Program-made: the position numbers and the translations under genes
The notes under the pieces: model-generated
Databases searched by the model: none
What the model was told of the DNA's origin: nothing
Seen by the model: the letters and a program-made list of their open reading frames with translations, nothing else
Shown: positions 1-11,884 of the stretch, in pieces
Layout of the letters: every line of letters begins with the position of its first letter
How positions within the stretch are numbered: position 1 is the stretch's first letter
Source: Anaeramoeba ignava BMAN
Taxonomy: Eukaryota; Protista; Anaeramoebae
Direction of reading: 5' to 3'
Length of the DNA stretch: 64,000 nucleotides
NCBI GenBank assembly: GCA_028826165.1
Contig: JAPDFW010000070.1
Coordinates: 1,587,859-1,651,858, forward strand

Positions 1-133
1 AACTTATTTCATTTAAAAATTAATTATCATTTTATTTTTCAAAATAAAGAAAAATAAGAAACAAATTCAAATTTAAATATTGAATTGAATTGAATTTTAT
101 TTGTTTAGAAAAAAATAAAATTTAAAAAGAAAA

Positions 134-2329
134 TTAATCATATCGATCTAAAGGAATTGCTCCTTTTGGAGGGAAATTTTTGGATCTTCTAAAAACCCAA
201 ATCAAAGCAATAATCACAATAAAACCCATAGAAACACAAACACCAATAATAATACCAGCATTATATTTTTGACTTGAAATATCAACAGAAATAGGAATAG
301 GAGTAGGAGAAGGATTAACATCAGAAACTTCGACTTGAATCACAATTCCAGGTTCAGTATTTGTTCCAAAATAAATATTCAAGTTCTTGTCATCAAAACT
401 TGCAGAAGAAACATAAACTTCACCTTGATCCAAACTAATTGTTGAGTCTATTGAAATATTTGCCAAATCAATTCGATAAATAACTTCATTCCAAGTCATT
501 GACATAGCTGCAAAATAAGCATATCCATGTGAAGAATCAATTAATCCTGTATCAATAAATCTTTCACCAGATGAAAGTGAAATTTGACCAGTTTTTTCTA
601 GATTCATTAGCTCAACTTGTATGATTTTTGAGGTTGAATCATTAACTCCAAAATATCCAAATCCATTCACAGAATCAATTACAGATGAACTAAAAAAATT
701 ATCATCTTGAAATTGTGATCTTCTTGTTGCTATAAAAGTTCCAAGTTCAATTTGAATTATTTGGCCTGGAGAAGTATTTGTTCCAAAATAAACAAATTTA
801 TTAACAATATCAATACTAGCAGTTGTTAAAGAATCTTCGCCTGAATTCAAAGTAATTTTGTTTGCTCTTTGAAAATTAATTAAATCAATTTTGACAATTT
901 GACCTGGAGAAGTATTTGTTCCAAAATAAGCAAATTTATTATCAATATCAATAACAGAGGACACTAACAAATCTTCACCATTTCCAAGTTGGATTTCATC
1001 TTCTTTTTTGAACTGATCAATATTGAATTTGATAATTTTGCCAGGCGAAGTATTTGTTCCAAAATAAGCAAATCTATTTTCATTATCAAAAACAGCAGTT
1101 GTTAAGTAATTATCACCATCGCTCAAAGTAATTTTGTTTTCTCTTTGGAATGTTGTTAAATCAATTTGAATTATTTGACCTGGAGAAGTATTTGTTCCAA
1201 AATAAACAAATTTATTAACAATATCGATAACAGAAGACACAAGATAATTTTCACCAATATTAAGAGTTTTTTCTGAGTTTTGAGACAATGAATCAATATC
1301 AATTTGAATAATTTTTGTTGGTGCTGAATAGGATGAAAAATAAGCGAATCTGTTTGTAGTATCAATTAAACCAGTTGATAAAGGAAGTTGATCCAAACTT
1401 AATTGAACTGAATTTTTAATTGTGAAATTTTGCAAATCAATTTGGTAAAGAAAAGGATTATCAGTATCAGAATCGCCATCAGAATCAAAAGCAAAATAGG
1501 CGAGAGAATTTGGGATATCGATAAGAGAAGTAATAAAATCGCTATTATTTGAAGAAATTTCTAAAGAATCAACTTTTGAAAAATTATCTGTTTTGATTTT
1601 AATAATTTTTTGAGATTTTTTTGTTCCCAAATAAATAAACCCGTTTTGGGAATCGAAAACCGAACAAGCAACATTATTTTCATCAGAATCCAAAGTTATG
1701 ATTTGTGAATAATTAAAAACTGTCAAATTGATTTGGATCAATTTTGAAGGGAAAGTGTCAGTAGCAAAATAAGCAAGAGAATTCAAAGGATCATAAACAC
1801 TTGTTGAAATTTTTGCAATTTCAGTTGGAAGATCAAGAACAGAAACTTTTTGGAATGAAGACAAATCAATTTTGATAATTTTTGCAGGAGATAAATACAA
1901 TCCAAAATATAAAAATTGATTTAATTGATCGATAAAAACAGTATTAAGTGAATATTCTTGTTGATCAAGTTCTAAAGTTTGAACATAAGTAAAATTTAAT
2001 AAGTTGATTTTAATAATTTTTCCAGGTGATATTTGAGTTCCAAAATATGCGAAATTATCATTGCTATCTATTACTCCACTGCATATTTCAGTGATATCTT
2101 TGGGAAGAAATAATACTCCTTCTTTTGAAAAATTTGAAAGTCTAATTTTGATAATTTGTGAAGGTGAAAATTCAGTTATAAAATATCCAAATTTGTTTTG
2201 ATGATCTGAAATTGAGAAAATAATATTATTTTCTCCAGCTTCAAGATCGATTGATGCTTTTCTTATAAATGAAGTTTTATTTTGTTTAATTATTATTAAA
2301 ATGAGAATTAAAGTGAGAAAAATTTTCAT
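134..2329 (-). CDS. Type I membrane protein with 14 x ~46-aa beta-propeller repeats (putative double 7-bladed propeller surface protein)
   Basis: N-terminal hydrophobic signal (MKIFLTLILILIII); 14 repeats of the type F[AV]YFGTNTSPG[QK]II[QK]IDL; P/S/T stalk; TM helix GIIIGVCVSMGFIVIIALIWVF followed by RR; short tail; no introns. Confidence 0.85.
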   Translation of the reverse strand: MKIFLTLILILIIIKQNKTSFIRKASIDLEAGENNIIFSISDHQNKFGYFITEFSPSQIIKIRLSNFSKEGVLFLPKDITEICSGVIDSNDNFAYFGTQISPGKIIKINLLNFTYVQTLELDQQEYSLNTVFIDQLNQFLYFGLYLSPAKIIKIDLSSFQKVSVLDLPTEIAKISTSVYDPLNSLAYFATDTFPSKLIQINLTVFNYSQIITLDSDENNVACSVFDSQNGFIYLGTKKSQKIIKIKTDNFSKVDSLEISSNNSDFITSLIDIPNSLAYFAFDSDGDSDTDNPFLYQIDLQNFTIKNSVQLSLDQLPLSTGLIDTTNRFAYFSSYSAPTKIIQIDIDSLSQNSEKTLNIGENYLVSSVIDIVNKFVYFGTNTSPGQIIQIDLTTFQRENKITLSDGDNYLTTAVFDNENRFAYFGTNTSPGKIIKFNIDQFKKEDEIQLGNGEDLLVSSVIDIDNKFAYFGTNTSPGQIVKIDLINFQRANKITLNSGEDSLTTASIDIVNKFVYFGTNTSPGQIIQIELGTFIATRRSQFQDDNFFSSSVIDSVNGFGYFGVNDSTSKIIQVELMNLEKTGQISLSSGERFIDTGLIDSSHGYAYFAAMSMTWNEVIYRIDLANISIDSTISLDQGEVYVSSASFDDKNLNIYFGTNTEPGIVIQVEVSDVNPSPTPIPISVDISSQKYNAGIIIGVCVSMGFIVIIALIWVFRRSKNFPPKGAIPLDRYD

Positions 2330-2380
2330 ATTTAAAATGAAAAAAATGAAAAATGAAAAATGAAAAAAATGAAAAATGAA
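2330..2380 (-). promoter_or_regulatory. Reiterated TTTTCATTTT initiator-like motif upstream of ATG (representative instance)
   Basis: The same motif lies within ~10-120 nt upstream of most start codons in the window, on the sense strand. Confidence 0.5.
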
Positions 2381-3025
2381 TTTTGAATTTGATTTTAATA
2401 TTGAATTTGATTTTAATTTTGAATTTGATTTTGATTTTGAATTTGATTTTAATTTTGATTTTTAATTTGATTTTGAATTTGATTTTGAATTTAAATTTGA
2501 TTTTAATTTTGATTTTAATTTTGATTATTTTAATTTTGAATTTTATTTTGAATTTGATTTTGAATTTTGATTTTGATTTTGAATTTGATTTTGATTTTGA
2601 TTTTGATTTTGAATTTTGATTTTGATTTTGATTTTGATTTTGATTTTAATTTTGAATTTTGATTTTGAATTTGATTTTGAATTTGATTTTGATTTTGAAT
2701 TTAATTTTGATTTTGATTTTGATTTTGATTTTGATTTTGATTTTGATTTTGATTTTGATTTTGAATTTTTAATTTTGATTTTGATTTTGATTTTGATTTT
2801 GATTTTGATTTTGATTTTGATTTTGATTTTGATTTTGATTTTGAATTTGATTTTGAATTTGATTTTGATTTTAATTTTGATTTTTAATTTTGATTTTGAT
2901 TTTGATTTTGATTTTAATTTTGATTTGATTTTAATTTTAAATTTTAAGTTTTTCAAGTTAATTTTAATTTTGAATTTGATTTTGAATTTTAATTTTGATT
3001 TTGATTTTGAATTTGATTTTGATTA
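2381..3025. repeat. (TTTTGA/TTTTAA/TTTGAA)n hexamer array downstream of metallophosphoesterase copy 1
   Basis: Visible tandem hexamers; they explain the spurious ILILIL, FDFDFD and KIKIK ORFs. Confidence 0.95.
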
Positions 3026-4297
3026 TTAAATTTTAAGTTTTTTCAAAGTTAATTGAATTAAATTTCCACTATCTTTAGAAGGAACTTCTTGAATCATACA
3101 AGAATATTTCCAAGCAATAGAACCAAGATGAAAAGGAGGAATACTTGCAATTTTATCCTTTTCATCAAATTTAAAAATATGAGTATGACCAATTAAAATA
3201 AAATCATCATCTGTAATAAATCTTGAATAAAAATGTCTAAGACCACAAATAAAAGGTTTAACTTCTGTACTTGTTAATTTATAATTATTTCCTCCATCAT
3301 GTGACATAACTAGAGATTTAATTTGAGTTTGAATAAAATTTGTTGATTGAAAAACTCCTTGATTTTTGATTTGATTTTTGAAACTATTTTGATTTTGATT
3401 TTGATTTTGATTTTGATTTTCATTCTCATTTTGATTTTGATTTTGATTTTCATTTTCATTCTGATTTTGATTTTGATTTTCATTTTCATTTTCATTTTCA
3501 TTTTCATTCTCATTTTCATTCTCATTTTGATTTTCATTTTGATTTGTATTTCCAACTGAAATATTATTATGTGGAGTAATTTTCATAAAATAATGTTTTG
3601 TGATTTTAATAAATTTCTTTTGTTCTTTTGTTAATTTTTCTTTTATTCTTAAAACTTTTCTTCTATCATGATTTCCACCAATTATATAAGTTGGAAGTTG
3701 AAATTTTAAAAACTCATTCATAATATCAAGACAATAATTTAAATCACTACAAGTTGAATGGAATAAATCACCCAAAATTATAATTTGATCTGGTTTTTCT
3801 TTTTGGATCATTTCTCCAAGAAATTTAAATGTTGCTGGAATTTTGGAAATAGGAAACCACGACTCTTCTACATTATTCAAATGCATATCAGCAATAACAA
3901 ATGCATTCCATGGTTTATTTCCTTCAGTTTTGATTTCCTTCATTGTGCCTTCATTGAAACGAAGATTCATGATTTTTCCTTCAATTTTTTTCGAACTCGA
4001 TTTTTTCTTTGTTTTTTCTTCTGGTTTTTTTCTTGTTTCCTTTGATTCATGTTTTTTGGATTCTATAGATTTTTTTGCATTTGGTGGATTTGAATTTTTT
4101 CCTTTTGGAGGAGGAGGAATATTTGAGTTTGGAGGTGTACTTTTTTTTGGATTTGGTGGATTTGGAATTTTATTTTGTTCTTCCGTTTTATTTTGTTCAA
4201 TGGATTGTTGTTTTTCTTCTTTTTCTTTTTTGCTAGATGAATTTGTTTTATGAGAATGATGTTTTTTTTCTTTGTTTTTTGAATTATCTGAACCCAT
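3026..4297 (-). CDS. Calcineurin-like metallophosphoesterase, copy 1
   Basis: Motifs ADMH, ILGDLFH, GGNHD, SHD and IGHTH; K/P-rich N-terminus; NQ/NE run inside the domain. Confidence 0.88.
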   Translation of the reverse strand: MGSDNSKNKEKKHHSHKTNSSSKKEKEEKQQSIEQNKTEEQNKIPNPPNPKKSTPPNSNIPPPPKGKNSNPPNAKKSIESKKHESKETRKKPEEKTKKKSSSKKIEGKIMNLRFNEGTMKEIKTEGNKPWNAFVIADMHLNNVEESWFPISKIPATFKFLGEMIQKEKPDQIIILGDLFHSTCSDLNYCLDIMNEFLKFQLPTYIIGGNHDRRKVLRIKEKLTKEQKKFIKITKHYFMKITPHNNISVGNTNQNENQNENENENENENENENENQNQNQNENENQNQNQNENENQNQNQNQNQNSFKNQIKNQGVFQSTNFIQTQIKSLVMSHDGGNNYKLTSTEVKPFICGLRHFYSRFITDDDFILIGHTHIFKFDEKDKIASIPPFHLGSIAWKYSCMIQEVPSKDSGNLIQLTLKKLKI

Positions 4298-4396
4298 TTT
4301 TTAATCAAAAAATAAAAAATGAAAAATGAAAATTGATTTTGTTTGTTCATAAAAAAAATCACAAATAATATTTTGGATTTCTTATGAAATTTTTAT

Positions 4397-5050
4397 TTTG
4401 AATTTGATTTTGAATTTTAATTTTGAATTTGATTTTGATTTTGATTTTGATTTTGATTTTGATTTTGATTTTGATTTTGATTTTGATTTTGATTTTGATT
4501 TTGATTATGATTTTGATTATTTTGAATTTGAATTTAATTTTGATTTTGATTTTGATTTTGATTTTGATTTTGATTTTGATTTTGATTTTGATTTTGATTT
4601 TGATTTTAATTTTGATTTTAATTTTGAATTTGATTTTGATTTTGATTTTAATTTTGATTTTAATTTTGATTTTGATTTTGATTTTGATTTTGATTTTGAT
4701 TTTGATTTTGATTTTGATTTTGATTTTGATTTTGATTTTAATTTTGATTTTGATTTTTTTTAATTTTGATTTTGATTTTGATTTTGATTTTGATTTTGAT
4801 TTTGATTTTTATTTTTGAATTTGAATTTAATTTTGATTTTGATTTTGATTTTAATTTTGATTTTAATTTTGAATTTGATTTTGAATTTGAATTTGAATTT
4901 GATTTTGATTTTAATTTTAATTTTGAATTTGATTTTGAATTTGATTTTGATTTTGATTTTGATTTTGATTTTGATTTGAATTTGAATTTGATTTTGAATT
5001 TGGATTTTAATTTTAATTTTGAATTTTGATTTTGATTTTAATTTTGATTA
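4397..5050. repeat. (TTTTGA)n hexamer array between the tandem phosphoesterase genes
   Basis: Visible tandem hexamers. Confidence 0.95.
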
Positions 5051-6374
5051 TTAAATTTTAAGTTTTTTCAAAGTTAATTGAATTAAATTTCCACTATCTT
5101 TAGAAGGAACTTCTTGAATCATACAAGAATATTTCCAAGCAATAGAACCAAGATGAAAAGGAGGAATACTTGCAATTTTATCCTTTTCATCAAATTTAAA
5201 AAGATGAGTATGACCAATTAAAATAAAATCATCATCTGTAATAAATCTTGAATAAAAATGTCTAAGACCACAAATAAAAGGTTTAACTTCTGTATTTTTT
5301 AATTTATAATTATTTCCTCCATCATGTGACATAACTAGAGATTTAATTTGAGTTTGAATAAAATTTTGTTGATTGAAAAACTCTTTGATTTTTGATTTGA
5401 TTTTTGAAACTATTTTGATTTTGATTTTGATTTTGATTTTGATTTATATTTTGATTTTGATTTTGATTTTGATTTATATTTTGATTTTCATTTTGATTTT
5501 GATTTTGATTTTGATTTTGATTTTGATTTTGATTTTGATTTTGATTTTGATTTTGATTTTCATTTTCATTTTCATTTTCATTCTCATTTTGATTTTCATT
5601 TTGATTTGTATTTCCAACTGAAATATTATTATGTGGAGTAATTTTCATAAAATAATGTTTTGTGATTTTAATAAATTTCTTTTGTTCTTTTGTTAATCTT
5701 TTTTTTATTCTTAAAACTTTTCTTCTATCATGATTTCCACCAATTATATAAGTTGGGAGTTGAAATTTTAAAAACTCATTCATAATATCAAGACAATAAT
5801 TTAAATCACTACAAGTTGAATGGAATAAATCACCCAAAATTATAATTTGATCTGGTTTTTCTTTTTGGATCATTTCTCCAAGAAATTTAAATGTTGCTGG
5901 AATTTTGGAAATAGGAAACCACGACTCTTCTATATTATTCAAATGCATATCAGTAATAACAAATGCATTCCATGGTTTATTTCCTTCAGTTTTGATTTCC
6001 TTCATTGTGCCTTCATTGAAACGAAGATTCATGATTTTTCCTTCAATTTTTTTCGAACTCGATTTTTTCTTTGTTTTTTCTTCTGGTTTTTTTCTTGTTT
6101 CCTTTGATTCATGTCTTTTGGAATGTTTGGATTTATTTTCATTTGGTGGATTTGAATTTTTTCCTTTTGGAGGAGGAGAAATATTTGAGTTTGGAGGTGT
6201 ACTTTTTTTTGGATTTGGTGAATTTGGAATTTTATTTTGTTCTTCCGTTTTATTTTGTTCAATGGATTGTTGTTTTTCTTCTTTTTCTTTTTTGCTAGAT
6301 GAATTTTTTTTATGAGAATGATGTTTTTGATGTTTATGATGTTTATGATGTTTATGATGTTTTTCTGAATCCAT
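5051..6374 (-). CDS. Calcineurin-like metallophosphoesterase, copy 2 (1-nt frameshift near 5365)
   Basis: Near-identical to copy 1. ORFs 5343-6374 and 5051-5332 join if the extra T is removed (aaattttgtt here vs aaatttgtt in copy 1). Has an HHK-repeat N-terminus. Confidence 0.85.
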
Positions 6375-6467
6375 TTTTTTTTTTAATTAAAAATAAAAAT
6401 ATAAAAAGAAAATTAAATTTTTTTTTTTCATTTTTTTATTTGCTTTTTCAAAAATAATAAATTTAAA

Positions 6468-8572
6468 ATGTTTGTTTTTTTCTTTTTTTAAAATTAATTT
6501 ATAAAAGAAATAAACGTTAATTTAATTTAATTTATTTTAATTTAATTTTAATTTTAGGAATCAAAAATTAATTCAAAATTTCTCTCATAAATCAATTTGG
6601 AAAGAAATGTTATCTCAAGAATGTAGAAAACAAATTCAAAATAAAAGAAAAAATTTAATTAATCAATTAAGACAATCTGTTCAATCTCAAGAATCTCAAA
6701 ATATTAAATCTAATTTTTTACAACAAATTGTTAATGATGAAATTTCTAGAATGACTGAAAGCGAAAATTATGGTATTTCTTTTTTTAATTATATATAATT
6801 TTATAAATAATTTTATATTAAATTTTATAAATAATTTTATAAATAATTTTATAAATAATTTTATAAATAATTTAATAAATAATTTTATAAATAATTTTAT
6901 AAATAATTTTATAAATAATTTTATAAATAATTTTATAAATAATTTTATAAATAATTTTATAAATAATTTTATAAATAATTTTATAATTAATTTTATAAAT
7001 AATTTTATTAATAATTTTATAAATAATTTTATAAATAATTAAATAATTTTATAAATAATTTTATATTTAATTTTATAAATAATTTTACTAATTTTAATAA
7101 ATAATTTTATATATAATTTTATATATAATTTTATATATAATTTTATAAATAATTTTATAAATAATTTTATAAATAATTTTATAATTAATTTTATAAATAA
7201 TTTTATAAATAATTTTAATAATAATTTTTATAAATATTTTATAAATAATTTTATAATTAATTTTATAAATAATTTTATTAATAATTTTATAAATAATTTT
7301 ATAATTAATTTTATAAATAATTTTATAATTAATTTTATAATTAATTTTATATTTAATTTTATTATAATAATTTTATAAATAATTTTATAATTAATTTTAT
7401 AAATAATTTTATAAATAATTTTTATAAATAATTTTATAAATAATTTTAATAATAATTTTATAAATAATTTTATATTTAATTTTATATTTAATTTTATAAA
7501 TAATTTTATAAATAATTTTATAAATAATTTTATATTTAATTTTATAAATAATTTATATTTAATTTTATAAATAATTTTAATAATTTTATAAATAATTTTA
7601 TAAATAATTTTATAAATAATTTTATAAATAATTTAATAAAAATTTTTATAAATAATTTTATAATTAATTTAATAAATAATTTTATAATTAATTTTATAAA
7701 TAATTTTATATTTAATTTTATAATTAATTTTATATTTAATTTAATAAATAATTTTATATTTAATTTTATATTTAATTTTATATTTAATTTTATAAATAAT
7801 TTTATATATAATTTTATAAATAATTTTATAAATAATTTTATAAATAATTTTATAAATAATTTTATAAATAATTTTATAAATAATTTTATATTTAATTTTA
7901 TAAATAATTTTAATAATAATTTTATAAATAATTTTATAAATAATTTTATAAATAATTTTATAATTAATTTTATAATTAATTTTATAAAAGAATTTGACAT
8001 TTCAGATGATGAATATTTGGAATTAATGTTACATTTAGAAGAGAGTTTAGAAAAAGAACTTAAAGAAAAAGAAGATTTAATAAAATATCAACAACTTGAA
8101 GAAATGGAAAAAGAAGAAATTGATGCAGCTGTTACTTTTTGGATAGAATCACCTGTAATTTGTCCTTCTTGTAAACAAGGTTATTTAAATGAAGAGAATT
8201 TAAGTTTTAATTGTCAAAATTGTTCATTTTATATTAAAAATTCAACTGGAATTTCTCTTTCTGATTTTCAAAAATCTTTAGAAAATATGATTCAAACTCA
8301 CAGGTTTTAAAAAAATTTCATTTTGAAAATTAAAATTAAAATTAAAATTAAAATTAAAATTAAAATTAAAATTTATTTCAAAATTAAAATTAAAATTAAA
8401 ATTAAAATTAAAATTAAAATTCATTTTGAAAATTAAAATTAAAATCAAAATTATTTATAAAATTGTTTTTATTAGATCAACTAATTGTTCTGCAGAATTA
8501 CAATTTAATGGAAATGAAAATTTAAGAGTTTATTGTCAAGAATGTGGTTTAGATGAAACAATTAATTTTTAA
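6468..8572 (+). CDS. RPAIN: RPA-interacting protein (RIP/RPAIN); exons ~6468-6469, 6558-6772, 7991-8303, 8476-8572
   Basis: N-terminal WKEMLSQECRKQIQNKRKNLINQLR; acidic middle region; C-terminal zinc ribbons CPSC..CQNC..H..C..CQEC; GT-AG introns keep the frame. Confidence 0.8.
6773..7990 (+). repeat. Intron filled with 12-mer satellite (ATAAATAATTTT)n
   Basis: GTATTT...AAAG boundaries with tandem 12-mers between them. Confidence 0.92.
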
Positions 8573-8701
8573 AAAAATTTCAAAAAGAAAAGAAAAGAAA
8601 AGAAAAATTTTATTTTGTTTAAAAAAAAAAAATTTCAAAAATAAAAATCAAAAAAATCATTTTTTTCTGTTTCATTTAATTTAAAAAAAAAATATATAAA
8701 A

Positions 8702-11674
8702 ATGCAAAATGAAATTTCTACAACAATTCCAAATACAAATAAAATGGAAAAAATAATGGAAAATATTTTTCATAATCAAGAAACATCAGATATAAAATTT
8801 ATAGTTGGAAATGAAAAAGAAGAAATATTTGCACATAAATTAATATTATCAATATCAAGTTCATATTGGAAAAATCAATTTTATCCACCAAATTGGGATC
8901 AACAAGAACAAAAGAAAATGATTGAAATATTTATTCCAGATGTTCCAGTTCAATATTTTGTCACAATTTTAAAATTTCTTTATTCAAGAAAACTTGATTT
9001 GGGAGATGAAACAATTGAAGAAATTTTACATCTTGCTGATCGTTTTAAAATTCCTACTTTAATTGAATATTGTCTTGATTTTCTTTATCACAAAACAACT
9101 TTTGATAATTGTTTTAGAAATCTGCGAATTTCTCAAGAATATCATTCAATTAAACTTCATAAAGAAGTGTGTTCTTTTATTCAAAAATATTCTTTGGAAT
9201 TATTTTCTCATCCTCAAGTTTTAATTCCTTTTCCAAAAGAAATTGTAATTGAAATTGCAAAGTTGGATTTTTTAAGGATTAGAGAATATGATTTTTTGGT
9301 TCAAGTTCTTGAATGGGCAAAACAGAAAGCTCAAGCTGTTCCTTTAATTGAAATTGTTTCCCCAATTCTTCCTTTTATTAGATTGGAAATTATGAATTTT
9401 TTTGATTTGAAAAATGTTTTACAACTTGATATTTTTCCTCGATATCAAATTGAAGGTTTAATGAAAGAAGTCGAAAATAAAGGAAATGATTATTTTGATG
9501 GAAGAAGAGAAATTCCTGCGAAGGAACCACATCAAGTACAAATCAAATTACAAATCAAATTACAAATCAAATTACAAATAAAATTACAAATAAAATTACA
9601 AATAAAATTACAAATAAAATTACAAATCAAATTACAAATCAAAATTACAAATCAAATTACAAATCAAATTACAAATAAAATTACAAATAAAATTATAAAT
9701 AAAATTACAAATAAAATTACAAATAAAATTACAAATAAAATTACAAATAAAATTACAAATCAAATTATAAATAAAATTACAAATCAAATTACAGATAAAA
9801 TTACAAATCAAATTACAAATCAAATTACAAATCAAATTACAAATCAAATTACAAATCAAATTACAAATAAAATTACAAATAAAATTACAAATAAAATTAT
9901 AAATAAAATTATAAATCAAATTATAAATCAAATTATAAATAAAATTACAAATCAAATTACAAATCAATTTACAAATCAAATTACAAATCAAATTACAAAT
10001 CAAATTACAAATCAAATTATAAATAAAATTACAAATCAAATTACAAATCAAATTACAAAATTACAAATCAAATTACAAATCAAATTACAAATAAAATTAT
10101 AAATAAAATTACAAATAAAATTACAAATAAAATTTAAAATAAAATTACAAATAAAATTACAAATCAAATTACAAATCAAATTACAAATAAAATTACAAAT
10201 AAAATTACAAATAAAATTACAAATAAAATTACAAATCAAATTGCAAACAAATTAAATTACAAATAAAATTACAAATCAAATTACAAATAAAATTACAAAT
10301 AAAATTACAAATAAAATTACAAATAAAAATCAAATTACAAAAATAAATCAAATACAAATAAATTATAAATAAAATTACAAATCAAATTATAAATAAAATT
10401 ACAAATAAAATTACAAATAAAATTACAAATCAAAAAATTACAAATCAAATTACAAATAAAATTATAAATAAAATTATAAATCAAATTATAAATCAAATTA
10501 CAAATAAAATTACTATAAATAAATTATAAATAAATTACAAATAAAATTATAAATAAAATTACAAATAAAATTACAAATCAAATTACAAATCAAATCAAAT
10601 TACAAATAAAATCAAATTATAAATAAAATTACAAATAAAATTATAAATAAAATTACAAATAAAATTACAAATCAAATTACAAATCAAATTACAAATAAAA
10701 TTACAAATAAAATTACAAATAAAATTATAAATAAAATTATAAATAAAATTACAAATAAAATTACAAATAAAATTACAAATAAAATTACAAATAAAATTAC
10801 AAATCAAATTATAAATAAAATTATAAATCAAATTACAAATAAAATTACAAATAAAATTATAAATAAAATTACAAATAAAATTACAAATCAAATTACAAAT
10901 AAAATTACAAATAAAATTACAAATCAAATTTAAAATTTATAATTTATAATTAATATTAAAATTAAAATTGAAAAAAAATAAAAGATTTCAGTTATTATTG
11001 TTGCTTCAGATGATCGAGATAATTATCTAGAAGATGCAAAAAATTCAATTAAAAGTATGGGAATCAACAAAATAGAAACATATAACGGAAGAATATCTAC
11101 ACCAAATTTAAGCAAATTATTAGATTATGATGTATTATTTTTATATTCAGATTACAATTGGAAAGATAATCAAGCAATAAGTCAAGTAACTCAAAAATTT
11201 GTGGAACATGGAGGCGCATTAGTTTTTGCAGGAGCATTTGCATTATCAATTGAACATCCACTTAAGGATCTTGTTGGAAACATAATCAATGGATTTCTTC
11301 CACTTGCAAAAGAAAGAGTAATTAGACATCATAATTCTTCACTTGGAGAATTTGAACTAAATCATCCACTTATGAAACAAATCAAAGTTTTTGATGGTGG
11401 AAGAGCTAGTTTTTATGTTGATACTGAAGAGGTTTTTGGTGGAAAAGTTATTGCTCGTTGGAAAAATGGTCGTCCTCTTGTAATTGAGAAAAAAATTTCG
11501 CCTGAATTCGGACAAATTGTTGCTTTAAATATTTTCCCCATTTCAGAATCTGCTTTTGGAAATGGTTGGATTCCTGATACTGATGGTGATAAATTAATTT
11601 CAAATTCTGTTATTTATGCTGCAAATCATTCTCCTCATACATTTAGAGAATTTCGAAAGAAAAATATTTTATAA
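8702..11674 (+). CDS. BTB/POZ-BACK protein with C-terminal alpha/beta domain; exons 8702-9535 and 10985-11674
   Basis: SDIKFIVG..IFAHKLILSISSSYW BTB motif. Phase-0 intron GTACAA..AAAG joins EPHQ to ISVIIVASDD, which runs into ORF 11057-11674. Confidence 0.87.
9536..10984 (+). repeat. Intron filled with 12-mer satellite (ACAAAT[AC]AAATT)n
   Basis: Tandem 12-mers between GT and AG. Confidence 0.92.
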
Positions 11675-11884
11675 TCATTAAAAATACAAATAATTTTTTT
11701 TTTTCAATAAATAAAAAGCAAATGAAAAAATTAAGAACAATTTTTGAAAGCAGAATAACTTATAATTTGAAATGAAAAATTATAAGCATTTCATTATTAA
11801 AAAGATATTTCTTTTTATTTTGTTTTGGATTCCAAATTCTTTTTTTTAAAAAAAAAACAAAAAACACTCTATCAAAATTCATAT

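Noticed and set aside
2383-5029. ORFs of ILILIL/FDFDFD/KIKIK type (also at 6770-8000, 9632-10927, 20010-20603, 47008-47606, 49862-51809 and 55306-56683)
   Set aside because: They are translations of simple repeats in introns or intergenic arrays, not genes.
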